A DNA stretch of 64,000 bases. Source: a virus. The translations under genes and the position numbers were made by a program. Below are positions 1 through 8,113 of the stretch, one piece after another. Position 1 is the first letter of the stretch; every line of letters starts with the position of its first letter. The stretch lies in IMG/VR virus record IMGVR_UViG_3300002180_000002; one strand, 5' to 3'. The notes under the pieces are model-generated. The model was not told where the DNA came from. It did not search any database and worked only from the letters and a program-made list of their open reading frames with translations.

Positions 1-142
1 ATATATGTAATGGTAATTTTGAAGAAAATAAAGAACTACAACCTCACAACGTTGATAGTTTAAAACAGGCAAGCTTAATATTAACTATATTTTTATGGCT
101 TGCGGATTATATCGTATTACAAATTAAATTAAATAAAGACAC

Positions 143-460
143 ATGAACAGAGCAACATTATTAGGAAACATAGGGAATGACCCTGAAATTATCAATCTTG
201 AAAGCGGTAGTAAAATCGCTAAATTCAGTCTAGCTACAAACAAAAGCTATAAAAACGCTCAAGGTGAAAAAGTGAACGAAACTCAATGGCACAACATTGT
301 GTGCTTTGGAAAATTGTCTGATGTAGTTGAGCAACACTTTCAGAAAGGGAAGAAAATGCTTGTTGAAGGTGAAATCACTACCCGTAGTTGGGATGATAAA
401 GAAGGTAACAAAAGATATATTACCGAAATCGTTATGTCTAATTTTGAATTCGCAGGATAA
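143..460 (+). CDS. ssb: single-stranded DNA-binding protein (OB-fold core only, no acidic C-terminal tip)
   Basis: 105-aa ORF. MNRATLLGNIGNDPE... and ...TQWHNIVCFGKLSD... fit the bacterial/phage SSB OB-fold pattern. It ends SNFEFAG, without a D-D-(I/L)-P-F tail. Confidence 0.85.
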   Translation: MNRATLLGNIGNDPEIINLESGSKIAKFSLATNKSYKNAQGEKVNETQWHNIVCFGKLSDVVEQHFQKGKKMLVEGEITTRSWDDKEGNKRYITEIVMSNFEFAG

Positions 461-1452
461 TGGATGATTTAAAAGAAGAAAAAACCGTCAGGGAAGAAGT
501 GATTGACGATCTAATGAATAAAAAGATTCGTTTAAGTTATTCTGCTTTAAAGAATTTCACCTCCCCAATTAACTTAGTTAACTACTACGTTAAAAAAAGA
601 ACGCAACAGAAAGTCCAAACTCCTGCTATGTTGGAGGGAATCGCTTCGGATGTTTATCTACTTGAACCTCATAATTATGAAAGTAAAATAGAGGTTATAG
701 ATAAAGTTCCTACTACAGCTATTCAGGTTGGATTTACTCAAGACCTTTTGCTTTCAATTAAAGATCAAGAAATTTCCGATGAATTAATTCAGAAAGCATA
801 CAGCAATCACTATTCAAAAGGAACTCCTGATAAAATATATGAGTCCTTAAAACCATATATCAACGCTACTTCATTAGGAAAAACTATTATTGATAGCGCT
901 ACAGATAAAAGAGTGAAAGAACTCACTGACGCTCTTAATATGCAAATGGATGTATCATTATTAATGTCGCGCATATCCTCGGTACAAAAGCGTTTAGAAT
1001 GGCAGGACGAAGGTTGGGATTTTATTGCTTATCTTGACATGGAGCTTGAAGAAGAAGATATTTGTGATGTAAAGAGGACTAAAGATGCCGAACCTGATTT
1101 TTTTGAAAGAGATATTAGGTATAATAAGTATTATTTTCAAGGAGGAATGTATTGCTACGCTTACTATTTATTATATGGGAAATTACCCAACTATACCTTA
1201 TTAGCGTATGACACTACGTCTAATTATGATATATTTAAGCTTGATTATGGGTATATCCAGTATGGAATTACTGAATATAGGTATAAATTAGAGCAGTTAA
1301 ATAAAGCAATAAAAACAAATTCATTTTGGAAATCTTACGGATTTTTTAAGCCTGATAGACAGGTTTACAAACCTAAGTGGGTTCAAGGATTTGAATTAGA
1401 AAAGCCAATGAAAAAGCTTTATAAAAACACATATCAAGAACCAAAAAATTAA
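460..1452 (+). CDS. PD-(D/E)XK (RecB/Cas4-like) nuclease
   Basis: 330-aa ORF coupled to ssb through a TAATG junction. Motifs LSYSALKNF, AYLD, CDVK (D...D/ExK) and QGGMY (QxxxY) are present. Confidence 0.6.
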   Translation: MDDLKEEKTVREEVIDDLMNKKIRLSYSALKNFTSPINLVNYYVKKRTQQKVQTPAMLEGIASDVYLLEPHNYESKIEVIDKVPTTAIQVGFTQDLLLSIKDQEISDELIQKAYSNHYSKGTPDKIYESLKPYINATSLGKTIIDSATDKRVKELTDALNMQMDVSLLMSRISSVQKRLEWQDEGWDFIAYLDMELEEEDICDVKRTKDAEPDFFERDIRYNKYYFQGGMYCYAYYLLYGKLPNYTLLAYDTTSNYDIFKLDYGYIQYGITEYRYKLEQLNKAIKTNSFWKSYGFFKPDRQVYKPKWVQGFELEKPMKKLYKNTYQEPKN

Positions 1453-1482
1453 ATAAAATGACTTGTAGATATTTTGAATAAA

Positions 1483-1716
1483 TGCGTTTGGACGAGGGTT
1501 CGACTCCCTCCGACTCCACATTCTTTGAATCGCCGTTTAAAGTTTAGTGTGGTAGACACTATATTCTACCTTTTTAGGGGTCGCTTGGTTTTGACAGCGC
1601 ACAGAAGCATTATGGAGAGTTGTTTAACTATAACTTCAAAAGTTATAAACTTTTTCCCTGCACCGCTTAGAGCAGTAGCATAGAAACGCTTGGGGGAGCG
1701 ACATCCCCCTTTTATT
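1483..1716 (+). ncRNA. ssrA: circularly permuted (two-piece) tmRNA-like gene
   Basis: The 3' part comes first: TGGAC-GAGGG-TTCGACT-CCCTC-CGACTCC-A (1489-1518). The 5' part GGGGTCGCTTGGTTTTGAC starts at 1577. The acceptor pairs over 7 bp with G3:U70. AGCGCA (1596-1601) pairs with TGCGTT (1483-1488). A frame ends ...LRAVA-TAG (1681-1683) and an intrinsic terminator follows. Confidence 0.6.
1692..1716 (+). terminator. intrinsic terminator closing the tmRNA-like gene
   Basis: GGGGGA-GCGACA-TCCCCC hairpin followed by TTTTATT. Confidence 0.7.
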
Positions 1717-1726
1717 GAAATAAAAT

Positions 1727-1981
1727 ATGAGTAAATTAAAACCAACCCTTAAGGAAGTATTACGAGAAGATCAGCCATGGGCTTTAAAAGACTTGTTAGA
1801 AAAACTTATTGAATTTCCTAAAGGAAAATATAAGCATTTTAGAAAATCAATAACAAGACCTCTTAAAAAATGGTCGCCTATGAAATGGTTTGGATATACT
1901 CATATAAATAAAATGTTAGGATGTGGAGAAGACCGATATATTTCTAAACTTAGGTTCTTTAAATATATTCCAAGAAATTAG
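1727..1981 (+). CDS. hypothetical protein
   Basis: 84-aa ORF directly after the terminator; no recognisable motif. Confidence 0.45.
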   Translation: MSKLKPTLKEVLREDQPWALKDLLEKLIEFPKGKYKHFRKSITRPLKKWSPMKWFGYTHINKMLGCGEDRYISKLRFFKYIPRN

Positions 1982-2063
1982 ATTTGGCTTAATAGCAGAG
2001 CCACTTAATTAGAAATCTGCTAATATTTTAAATAAAAAAGCCTTTAAGAGAGGTAAAACAATT

Positions 2064-2606
2064 ATGAAGAAAATATTAATATTATTAATGTTGCCAATGC
2101 TATTTATAGCTTGCCAAAAAGAAACTGTAGATGAAACTATAGTCAATCTAAAAAAAGACGCTCCTGAATTATTAGAAGCTAAAAAAAACCAAGAACAAAC
2201 AATTATTGATGTAAGTAAAATTGATTTTACAGAAACAAAGTATGATGAAGCGCGTAAAGTGTTTAAAAATATGTTACATAGTGAAAATCAAGTATTATTT
2301 ATAATAAACGTTAAAGATGAAGTGTCTTGGAAAGAGTATTTATTTTATAAATATGCTACTACATTTGTAAATGAGTTTACAGAAACAAATAATCAGCTTA
2401 GATACCATAAAGACAGTAAAACAATATATTTAGCTAATTCACAAACTAATCAAATTAATACAGATATAGACTATCAAGAAAGTCTTCAAGAACGTGCAAA
2501 TTGCGCTTGGGTATGTAATGATTGTCCTGCTGATGGCACTTGCTTATATATGTGGGTGCATCAATGTAGATGTTGTGTGTACCAGTGTTGTCATAACGAA
2601 GAATAA
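2064..2606 (+). CDS. lipoprotein with cysteine-rich C-terminus
   Basis: Signal peptide with lipobox MKKILILLMLPMLFIAC. The last ~45 aa carry 12 Cys (CAWVCNDCPADGTCLYMWVHQCRCCVYQCC). A 10-bp hairpin (2633-2662) follows. Confidence 0.6.
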   Translation: MKKILILLMLPMLFIACQKETVDETIVNLKKDAPELLEAKKNQEQTIIDVSKIDFTETKYDEARKVFKNMLHSENQVLFIINVKDEVSWKEYLFYKYATTFVNEFTETNNQLRYHKDSKTIYLANSQTNQINTDIDYQESLQERANCAWVCNDCPADGTCLYMWVHQCRCCVYQCCHNEE

Positions 2607-2676
2607 ATAAAGTACTTAAAAATTAATAATTATTACCCTTATTATATAAATGATAAGGGTAAATTAAACTATTGGA

Positions 2677-3093
2677 ATGGAAATTTACATTCAAAGACGG
2701 CTTGATAATACATTTAATATTCCTTATTCATCAGATCATGATAAATTAAAACATATTAAAGTAGATGATATTGTTTTATGTAAAATTACTAAACCTAGAA
2801 ATATAGGACATCATAAAAAGTTCTTCACTTTAATTGAGTTTGTTTTTCAAAATCAAGAAGCTTATAATAATAGAGAACACTTGCGTAGGGATTTAACTAT
2901 TGAAGCAGGGTTTTATGATGAACATCTTAATTTTTGGAAAGAAAAAGTAAAAGAAGCAAAAAGCATTTCTTTTGCTAAAATGGATCAAATAGAGTTTCAA
3001 AAATTCTACTCAAGATTTATTGATGCTATTAATAGAGTTTATGGTTTTGATAAACATGATATGCTTGAAAATATAGATCAGTATTACTCATAA
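2677..3093 (+). CDS. hypothetical protein
   Basis: 138-aa ORF. The KPRNIGHHKKFFTLIEFVF segment resembles conserved phage proteins of unknown function, but I cannot name the family with confidence. Confidence 0.5.
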   Translation: MEIYIQRRLDNTFNIPYSSDHDKLKHIKVDDIVLCKITKPRNIGHHKKFFTLIEFVFQNQEAYNNREHLRRDLTIEAGFYDEHLNFWKEKVKEAKSISFAKMDQIEFQKFYSRFIDAINRVYGFDKHDMLENIDQYYS

Positions 3094-3411
3094 ATGACAG
3101 GTGATGGGGAATATATAATTATTGGTGTAAACTCTAAAAACAAAGAGAAAGCTATTATTGCTCTTTCTAAAGAAGGTATTGGAATTGAACTTTTTAGGGG
3201 ATTAAAACTTAATATTAAGGCTTCATTTAACTCTATACTTCCTTATTATAATCCATCATTTAATGAAGATGAAAAGTTTATTTCTGATTGTTTTAAAGTT
3301 TTTAAGTATAATAATTCTGTCGAAGTATTTAACTCACTTGATTGTGAAAGAAAAACAGGAATCACAAGGTATCATTGTAATAAAATATATGATAAATATT
3401 TAAAAGAATAA
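3094..3411 (+). CDS. hypothetical protein
   Basis: 105-aa ORF abutting the previous stop (TAAATG). Confidence 0.45.
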   Translation: MTGDGEYIIIGVNSKNKEKAIIALSKEGIGIELFRGLKLNIKASFNSILPYYNPSFNEDEKFISDCFKVFKYNNSVEVFNSLDCERKTGITRYHCNKIYDKYLKE

Positions 3412-3416
3412 TAATA

Positions 3417-3977
3417 ATGTTAGAATTTTTATTAAAATGTAAATATTACAATAAATCATTAAATGCTTTTTCAGGGTATTTTAATGTTGATATTATAGAT
3501 ATTGAATTTATGTATAATCACTTTCTAAACACAAAAGAGTACCTCTTAGATGATTATGTAGAATTAATACATTTATCTTGGGAGGTTGATAAAAATACTT
3601 TCTACAATAAAGAAGAATTAGATTCATTTTGTAGAAAACAATCTAAATTTAGAAAACTTAACTTTTTAGATTATGATATATTAAGCGCTTGTAGATTAAA
3701 AATAAAACAATCAAGAAATTATTTAGTAAAATATAATGAATATTTAAGTCAAAAACCAAGAAAATATGCACAAGCTTTTATATCTAAAAAAAATATAAGA
3801 GAATTTATTTTTAAACGAGACAATTATATGTGTTTATCCTGCGGTAGCTTACATAAATTAACCATAGATCATATACAATCTATTTATTCAGGAGGTTTAA
3901 ATAGATTGTATAACTTACAAACGTTATGTGGTAGTTGTAATTCAAGCAAATCTACTAAATATATAGATTACAGATAA
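3417..3977 (+). CDS. HNH endonuclease
   Basis: C-terminal CLSCGS...LTIDHIQSIYSGGLNRLYNLQTLCGSCNSSKS is a CxxC...DH...N...CxxCN HNH signature. Confidence 0.85.
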   Translation: MLEFLLKCKYYNKSLNAFSGYFNVDIIDIEFMYNHFLNTKEYLLDDYVELIHLSWEVDKNTFYNKEELDSFCRKQSKFRKLNFLDYDILSACRLKIKQSRNYLVKYNEYLSQKPRKYAQAFISKKNIREFIFKRDNYMCLSCGSLHKLTIDHIQSIYSGGLNRLYNLQTLCGSCNSSKSTKYIDYR

Positions 3978-4801
3978 TGAGTTGGATTAAAATACATAAA
4001 AAGATTTTGAAGTGGGAATGGTATGATGATATTCCTGTTAGGGTAACTTTTTTCCATTTACTTTTAAAAGCTAATTGGAAAGAAAAACAATGGAAAGGTA
4101 TCACTATTAAAAGGGGGCAAGTATTAACAGGGTCTATTTCTACACCTAAAGAAATAGTTATCTCAAGACAGCAATTTAGACGTGCAATTAAAGTTTTAAT
4201 TTCTAACCAAACAATAACCACAGAGCCAACCAACAGAAATACGTTGATAACCATTGTTAATTATGATGATTATCAAGTTAAAGAAAAGAAAACAACCAAC
4301 AAAAAACCACCTAAACAACCAACAAATAACCAACAGATAACCACTACTAAAGAATATAAAGAATATAAAGAATATAAGAATAAAGAAGACTACATACTTG
4401 TTCTTGATAATATTCTTTTATCTGAAATTGTAATTTCAGACGTGCCTGAAAAATTAAAATTTTATTTTAAAACAGCAAAAAGCTTTCAAGAACTTTTTAT
4501 AAAAAATTTGAAGGACAAAAAATCACCAACCACACATCAAGATAAGGCAAAATTTAAAAGTTATGTTGATCCAGTACGATTAATGTTTGATATAGATAAA
4601 GTTGAAAGAGAACAATTATTAAAAGTTTATAATTTTCTAAATAGCCCTAATTCTGAAAAAGGAGATTTTTCATGGAAAGTAAACATTCTTTCTACAAAAA
4701 AATTAAGAGAAAAATTTCAACAACTTTCTGCAAAAGCAAATACAAGTAATAAATCTACAAATAATTCACAAAAAACATTTTCAAAAAACAGAAACTCATG
4801 A
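3977..4801 (+). CDS. putative replication organizer / winged-helix DNA-binding protein
   Basis: The N-terminus MSWIKIHKKILKWEWYDD...RGQVLTGS...QQFRRAIKVL resembles phage replication-organizer wHTH domains. A DnaC-like ATPase gene follows. Contains a KEYKEYKEYK repeat. Confidence 0.45.
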   Translation: MSWIKIHKKILKWEWYDDIPVRVTFFHLLLKANWKEKQWKGITIKRGQVLTGSISTPKEIVISRQQFRRAIKVLISNQTITTEPTNRNTLITIVNYDDYQVKEKKTTNKKPPKQPTNNQQITTTKEYKEYKEYKNKEDYILVLDNILLSEIVISDVPEKLKFYFKTAKSFQELFIKNLKDKKSPTTHQDKAKFKSYVDPVRLMFDIDKVEREQLLKVYNFLNSPNSEKGDFSWKVNILSTKKLREKFQQLSAKANTSNKSTNNSQKTFSKNRNS

Positions 4802-5721
4802 GTGAAAGGACTAACGAATCTAAAAGAGCGGGTGAAATTATGAGCCAAAAGAGCGGAAAATTGATTGGAAAGAAAAAATACACCGCATTAAAAGCATTAG
4901 GACTTGACGATTTAACAGAAGATTCTATGTATGCGCTTGAGCTACAGTTTCCAAATTTAACCGTAACAAACGCTTTAGAAATGATAAAAGCTTACGAGGA
5001 TAATTTAAGTTATTCTTCCGTATTAAATAATAAATCTGTTCAAGATTATTATAAAGAAATTAATAAACCTGAAATTCCTCAAGAAAAGAAAGAAATGACT
5101 AAAGAATGGTTATGGAATAGGTTTGTAAAAGCGTATTACAAAACAACTGGAAATAAGTTTATTGAAAATAAATATACCGTTGAAAACATCAAACCTTTAA
5201 TCTTATATTTTATTGGAGATTTTGAAGGCTTCTCAAAATGTGCTAATATTTCCACATTATCAAAACCAAGCTTCAAAAAAGGATTATTAATTATTGGAGG
5301 GTATGGAAACGGCAAAACATCTATAATGGATTCATTAGAGATTGCTTTAAGAGGTACTAACGTTTCTTTTAAAGGTTATACAGCGCATGAAATTGTAGCT
5401 ATGTATGATGCTATTAAAGATACTTATGATAAAGACTCTTTTAATAAAATTACAGAACAAGGAACTAGGTGTTTTGATGATGTTTTAACAGAAAAAATCG
5501 CAAGTAATTACGGTAAAGTAGATATATTCCAATTAATTTTTGAAAAAAGATATAATAATAACGCTAGAACATATATTACTATCAATTTTGATGATGATTT
5601 TCCTAATGATGTGGATAAAGCATTAGATCAACTAGGATTAAGGTATGGAGGAAGGGTTTATGATAGGATTTTTGCTATGTGGAATATTATTATTTTTAAA
5701 GGAGATAGTTTTAGAAAATAA
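4798..5721 (+). CDS. DnaC/IstB-like AAA+ ATPase (putative helicase loader)
   Basis: Walker A GGYGNGKTS and Walker B-like RCFDDV. ATGA overlap with the upstream gene. Confidence 0.6.
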   Translation: MSERTNESKRAGEIMSQKSGKLIGKKKYTALKALGLDDLTEDSMYALELQFPNLTVTNALEMIKAYEDNLSYSSVLNNKSVQDYYKEINKPEIPQEKKEMTKEWLWNRFVKAYYKTTGNKFIENKYTVENIKPLILYFIGDFEGFSKCANISTLSKPSFKKGLLIIGGYGNGKTSIMDSLEIALRGTNVSFKGYTAHEIVAMYDAIKDTYDKDSFNKITEQGTRCFDDVLTEKIASNYGKVDIFQLIFEKRYNNNARTYITINFDDDFPNDVDKALDQLGLRYGGRVYDRIFAMWNIIIFKGDSFRK

Positions 5722-5774
5722 GTAATTTTATATAAAAAATAAAAACATATAGCGTTAAATAATATATTTATACT

Positions 5775-5782
5775 TATATTTG
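5775..5782 (+). promoter_or_regulatory. Bacteroidetes-type -7 promoter element (TAtaTTTG)
   Basis: Perfect TAnnTTTG ending 4 nt before the ATG at 5787. This implies a leaderless or near-leaderless mRNA. Confidence 0.4.
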
Positions 5783-5786
5783 AAAT

Positions 5787-6086
5787 ATGAAACATAAAGT
5801 TGACTTTGGTAGAGCGATTAAGTTCGTTAGAGAAAAAAAAGGGTTAAATCAAGAACAGCTTGGAAATAAAGTTGATTCTAATCAACCATACATATCACAA
5901 ATCGAAAGAGGTGTGTTCAATCCATCTATTAAGTTTATTGAGAAAATATGCAAGGCGCTTAATATTCCTTTTGTTTTTATGGTATGGCACTCAATGACAG
6001 AGGAAAATATTTCAGAAGAAAAAAGAGAAGCGTTTAAAATGTTAAAGCCATCTATTGATAATATTTTTAATGATCTTTTAAAATAA
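5787..6086 (+). CDS. XRE-family helix-turn-helix transcriptional regulator
   Basis: FGRAIKFVREKKGLNQEQLGNKVDSNQPYISQIERGVFNPSIKFIEKICKALNIP is a classic HTH_XRE domain. Confidence 0.85.
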   Translation: MKHKVDFGRAIKFVREKKGLNQEQLGNKVDSNQPYISQIERGVFNPSIKFIEKICKALNIPFVFMVWHSMTEENISEEKREAFKMLKPSIDNIFNDLLK

Positions 6087-6090
6087 TATA

Positions 6091-6615
6091 ATGGAAAACA
6101 CACCTGAAAATAAAGCAATATTTCTACGATCTTGTATTGGAGAGTATCTTTTTGAAGAAAATATTTCAGAAATGAAAACTTGGCACATTCATTCAGTTGA
6201 TATGAACGGAGTGGTTAAGGTTATCCACACTAAAGATGATATGGCGTTGGTTGCTGAAATAGACGATATTGTTGTTGCAAAAAAACCATTATCACATATT
6301 TCTGATGAAGATGCTATTGAAGTTGGTAAAATACAAGCATGGTGGCAATCAGTAAAGTATAAATCATTAAAGTGTGAAACACGAAAAGATAATTTTCTAA
6401 TTAGTCATGCAAAAAATGATATACAACAGGCTTTGCTGGAATTAAAGAATAATAAAAATGATTTCACAATGATACCATCAAGTTATGATTATCTACGTTC
6501 AAAAGGCTATGCATTACCTTTTAACGGTGTATCAGTTGAAACCCTTATTGAACGGGGTTGGATAAAACTTAAAAAGTATAATAATACTAGAACAACTACT
6601 AACATAACTTGTTAA
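6091..6615 (+). CDS. hypothetical protein
   Basis: 174-aa ORF starting 5 nt after the XRE gene. Confidence 0.5.
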   Translation: MENTPENKAIFLRSCIGEYLFEENISEMKTWHIHSVDMNGVVKVIHTKDDMALVAEIDDIVVAKKPLSHISDEDAIEVGKIQAWWQSVKYKSLKCETRKDNFLISHAKNDIQQALLELKNNKNDFTMIPSSYDYLRSKGYALPFNGVSVETLIERGWIKLKKYNNTRTTTNITC

Positions 6616-6646
6616 TTATAGAAATAACTGAATAATTGTACTAATC

Positions 6647-6811
6647 ATGAAAGCTATTGAATTAGAAATAGGGATGTGTATTTGGGTCAAGGAATACAAA
6701 GAATGGTTAAGTATTGAAGATGTAAATATCACACTTGGACGGACAGCTGTAACATTTGAAAATGGAGATACTTTGTTTTTTAATGAACGAAGAAGATTTG
6801 TAGAACTTTAA
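6647..6811 (+). CDS. small hypothetical protein (54 aa)
   Basis: ATG ORF read by hand in a gap of the ORF track; co-directional with its neighbours. Confidence 0.3.
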   Translation: MKAIELEIGMCIWVKEYKEWLSIEDVNITLGRTAVTFENGDTLFFNERRRFVEL

Positions 6812-6847
6812 ACAAACAATAGCATGAATGAATTACAGTAAAAAGTA

Positions 6848-7027
6848 TTGAAAATATTTGAAGAAGAGTACGGTCATTTCACTTGTGATGATATTGCATT
6901 TAGATTTAATTTAAGAGCAATGCATGTCGGTAAAGCATTTAAAAAATTAGAAGAATTAAACCTTATTCATTGCAGAGTTAGTTGTAATGAATCTAATCCT
7001 GTCTATTGGTATATAGGCGACCGATAA
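6848..7027 (+). CDS. small winged-helix-like protein (TTG start, or 6824 start with in-frame TAA)
   Basis: ...KIFEEEYGHFTCDDIAFRFNLRAMHVGKAFKKLEELNLIH... looks like a wHTH. An upstream in-frame ATG (6824) is separated from it by TAA at 6839-6841. Confidence 0.3.
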   Translation: MKIFEEEYGHFTCDDIAFRFNLRAMHVGKAFKKLEELNLIHCRVSCNESNPVYWYIGDR

Positions 7028-7030
7028 ATT

Positions 7031-7162
7031 ATGACACCTAAAGAAATTAGAAAACACATAGAAGATTTTTTGTTGAATAGCAGAAATAAAATAACAATTA
7101 TAAGTTCAAAAAAGCAACTGAACTATGCAATTGACGATTATATTAAAAACTTAAAACTGTAG
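7031..7162 (+). CDS. small hypothetical protein (43 aa)
   Basis: ATG ORF read by hand. Its stop lies inside an AACTGTAG motif. Confidence 0.25.
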   Translation: MTPKEIRKHIEDFLLNSRNKITIISSKKQLNYAIDDYIKNLKL

Positions 7163-7289
7163 GTTGAATGTACTACAACGGTTTTGTATATGAAAAGTAG
7201 CGTGTAAGTATTCGCATACTTTTCCGACTAAAATACCGTTATTAAATAAGCTAATCAAATTAAATTTGGCACGGAATTAGCTATTTTTT

Positions 7290-7307
7290 ATATACGTTGT
7301 TGGCAAC
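7290..7307. repeat. left inverted repeat flanking the hicBA-like cassette
   Basis: ATATACGTTGTTGGCAAC. Its reverse complement matches 8092-8113 (GTTGCCAA-CTCG-CAACGTATAT) apart from a 4-nt insertion. Confidence 0.7.
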
Positions 7308-7340
7308 TGTTATTTTTTTCTTATATTTCAGATTATAAAG

Positions 7341-7370
7341 TTGTTGATAAAGTACAATTATATATATTTG
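7341..7370 (+). promoter_or_regulatory. candidate host-type promoter for the hicBA-like pair
   Basis: TTGTTG (7341-7346), spacer, then a perfect TAtaTTTG (7363-7370) 15 nt before the ATG at 7386. Confidence 0.4.
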
Positions 7371-7385
7371 ACAAAATTTTAAAAA

Positions 7386-7766
7386 ATGGATAAAAAACAA
7401 GCAAACGCTAAATATTCCGACGGAAGAAGGAATGTAGAATTTAATGTTTCAATTTTTTTATGGGAAGAAGATTCTATTTTTTATGTTTATTCTCCAGCTC
7501 TAGACTTAACAGGATATGGAATATCTAAAGATGAAGCTAGAGAATCTTTTGAAACTGTTTTGCACGAGTTCGTAAAATATACTCACAATAAGAAGACAAT
7601 ATTTCAAGAGTTAGAAAACCTTGGTTGGGCTGTTAATAAGAGAAAAAAGAGAGTTGTTTCTCCTGATTTTGAGGATATGCTTTCTGAAAATGAACATTTC
7701 AAGCATTTATATAAATCCAAAGATTTAGTGAGAGATTCGTCTAATGTTAATTTAGAACTCGCATAA
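7386..7766 (+). CDS. hicB: HicB-like antitoxin
   Basis: EFNVSIFLWEEDSIFYVYSPALDLTGYGISKDEARESFETVLHEFVKY fits the HicB/UPF0150 N-domain pattern. Directly followed by a HicA-like ORF. Confidence 0.6.
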   Translation: MDKKQANAKYSDGRRNVEFNVSIFLWEEDSIFYVYSPALDLTGYGISKDEARESFETVLHEFVKYTHNKKTIFQELENLGWAVNKRKKRVVSPDFEDMLSENEHFKHLYKSKDLVRDSSNVNLELA

Positions 7767-8066
7767 ATGTCAACTAAACATCTACGAAACGTAACAATCT
7801 CTCAACTAGAATCGTTTCTAGAGCTTTGTCTGTGCAAATTTATTAAAAGTAAAAAAGGTCACGCTCAATATACTAGGTCAGACTTAACTAGACCATTACC
7901 TTTTCAAAATCACATTGAACCTGTTCCAGAATTTATCGTACAAAACCTTTTAAGAGGCTTGGGTTATTCCAAAAAAGATTTTCACGCCATACTCGACCAA
8001 AAAAAAGAAGTCGTAAAGATTGGAAGTAAATATGTGATTAGAGATATAGTCAAAAAGAAAAAATAA
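7767..8066 (+). CDS. hicA: HicA-like mRNA interferase toxin
   Basis: LESFLELCLCKFIKSKKGHAQY...PLPFQNHIEPVPEFIVQNLLRGLG fits the HicA/YcfA pattern (G-x-H, then P..H....l...il..lG). TAAATG junction with the hicB-like gene. Confidence 0.6.
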   Translation: MSTKHLRNVTISQLESFLELCLCKFIKSKKGHAQYTRSDLTRPLPFQNHIEPVPEFIVQNLLRGLGYSKKDFHAILDQKKEVVKIGSKYVIRDIVKKKK

Positions 8067-8091
8067 TCATTCTCGTTTCCGTTCCGTAATT

Positions 8092-8113
8092 GTTGCCAAC
8101 TCGCAACGTATAT
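8092..8113. repeat. right inverted repeat flanking the hicBA-like cassette
   Basis: GTTGCCAACTCGCAACGTATAT. It is complementary to 7290-7307, and part of it (8098-8111) is also complementary to 8252-8265. Confidence 0.7.

Noticed and set aside
1489-1518. T-arm/acceptor fragments (here and at 52457-52481) as attP cores for integration into host tmRNA or tRNA genes
   Set aside because: No integrase or recombinase is seen in the window, and each fragment has a matching 5' acceptor partner nearby. This is kept only as the alternative hypothesis in the findings.
1474-1683. 69-aa track ORF (TTG start) across the tmRNA-like locus
   Set aside because: It runs through a T arm, an acceptor strand and the GGGG 5' end of an RNA gene. 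The composition is odd and the start is non-ATG. The RNA explanation accounts for the sequence better.
4350-4380. 9-nt x3 tandem repeat (AAAGAATAT)
   Set aside because: It encodes KEYKEYKEYK inside a low-complexity linker of the replication organizer-like ORF. It is too short to call a functional repeat.
5787-6086. XRE regulator as evidence of a temperate lifestyle
   Set aside because: A single XRE-family HTH without an integrase, excisionase or recognisable immunity switch is common in virulent phages as well. No lifestyle call is made.
8041-8052. AGATATAGTC resembling the group I intron S element, suggesting an intron that carries hicBA
   Set aside because: It lies inside the hicA coding sequence. 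I found no P/Q/R core elements, no split host gene in the flanks, and no plausible P1 or omega-G.
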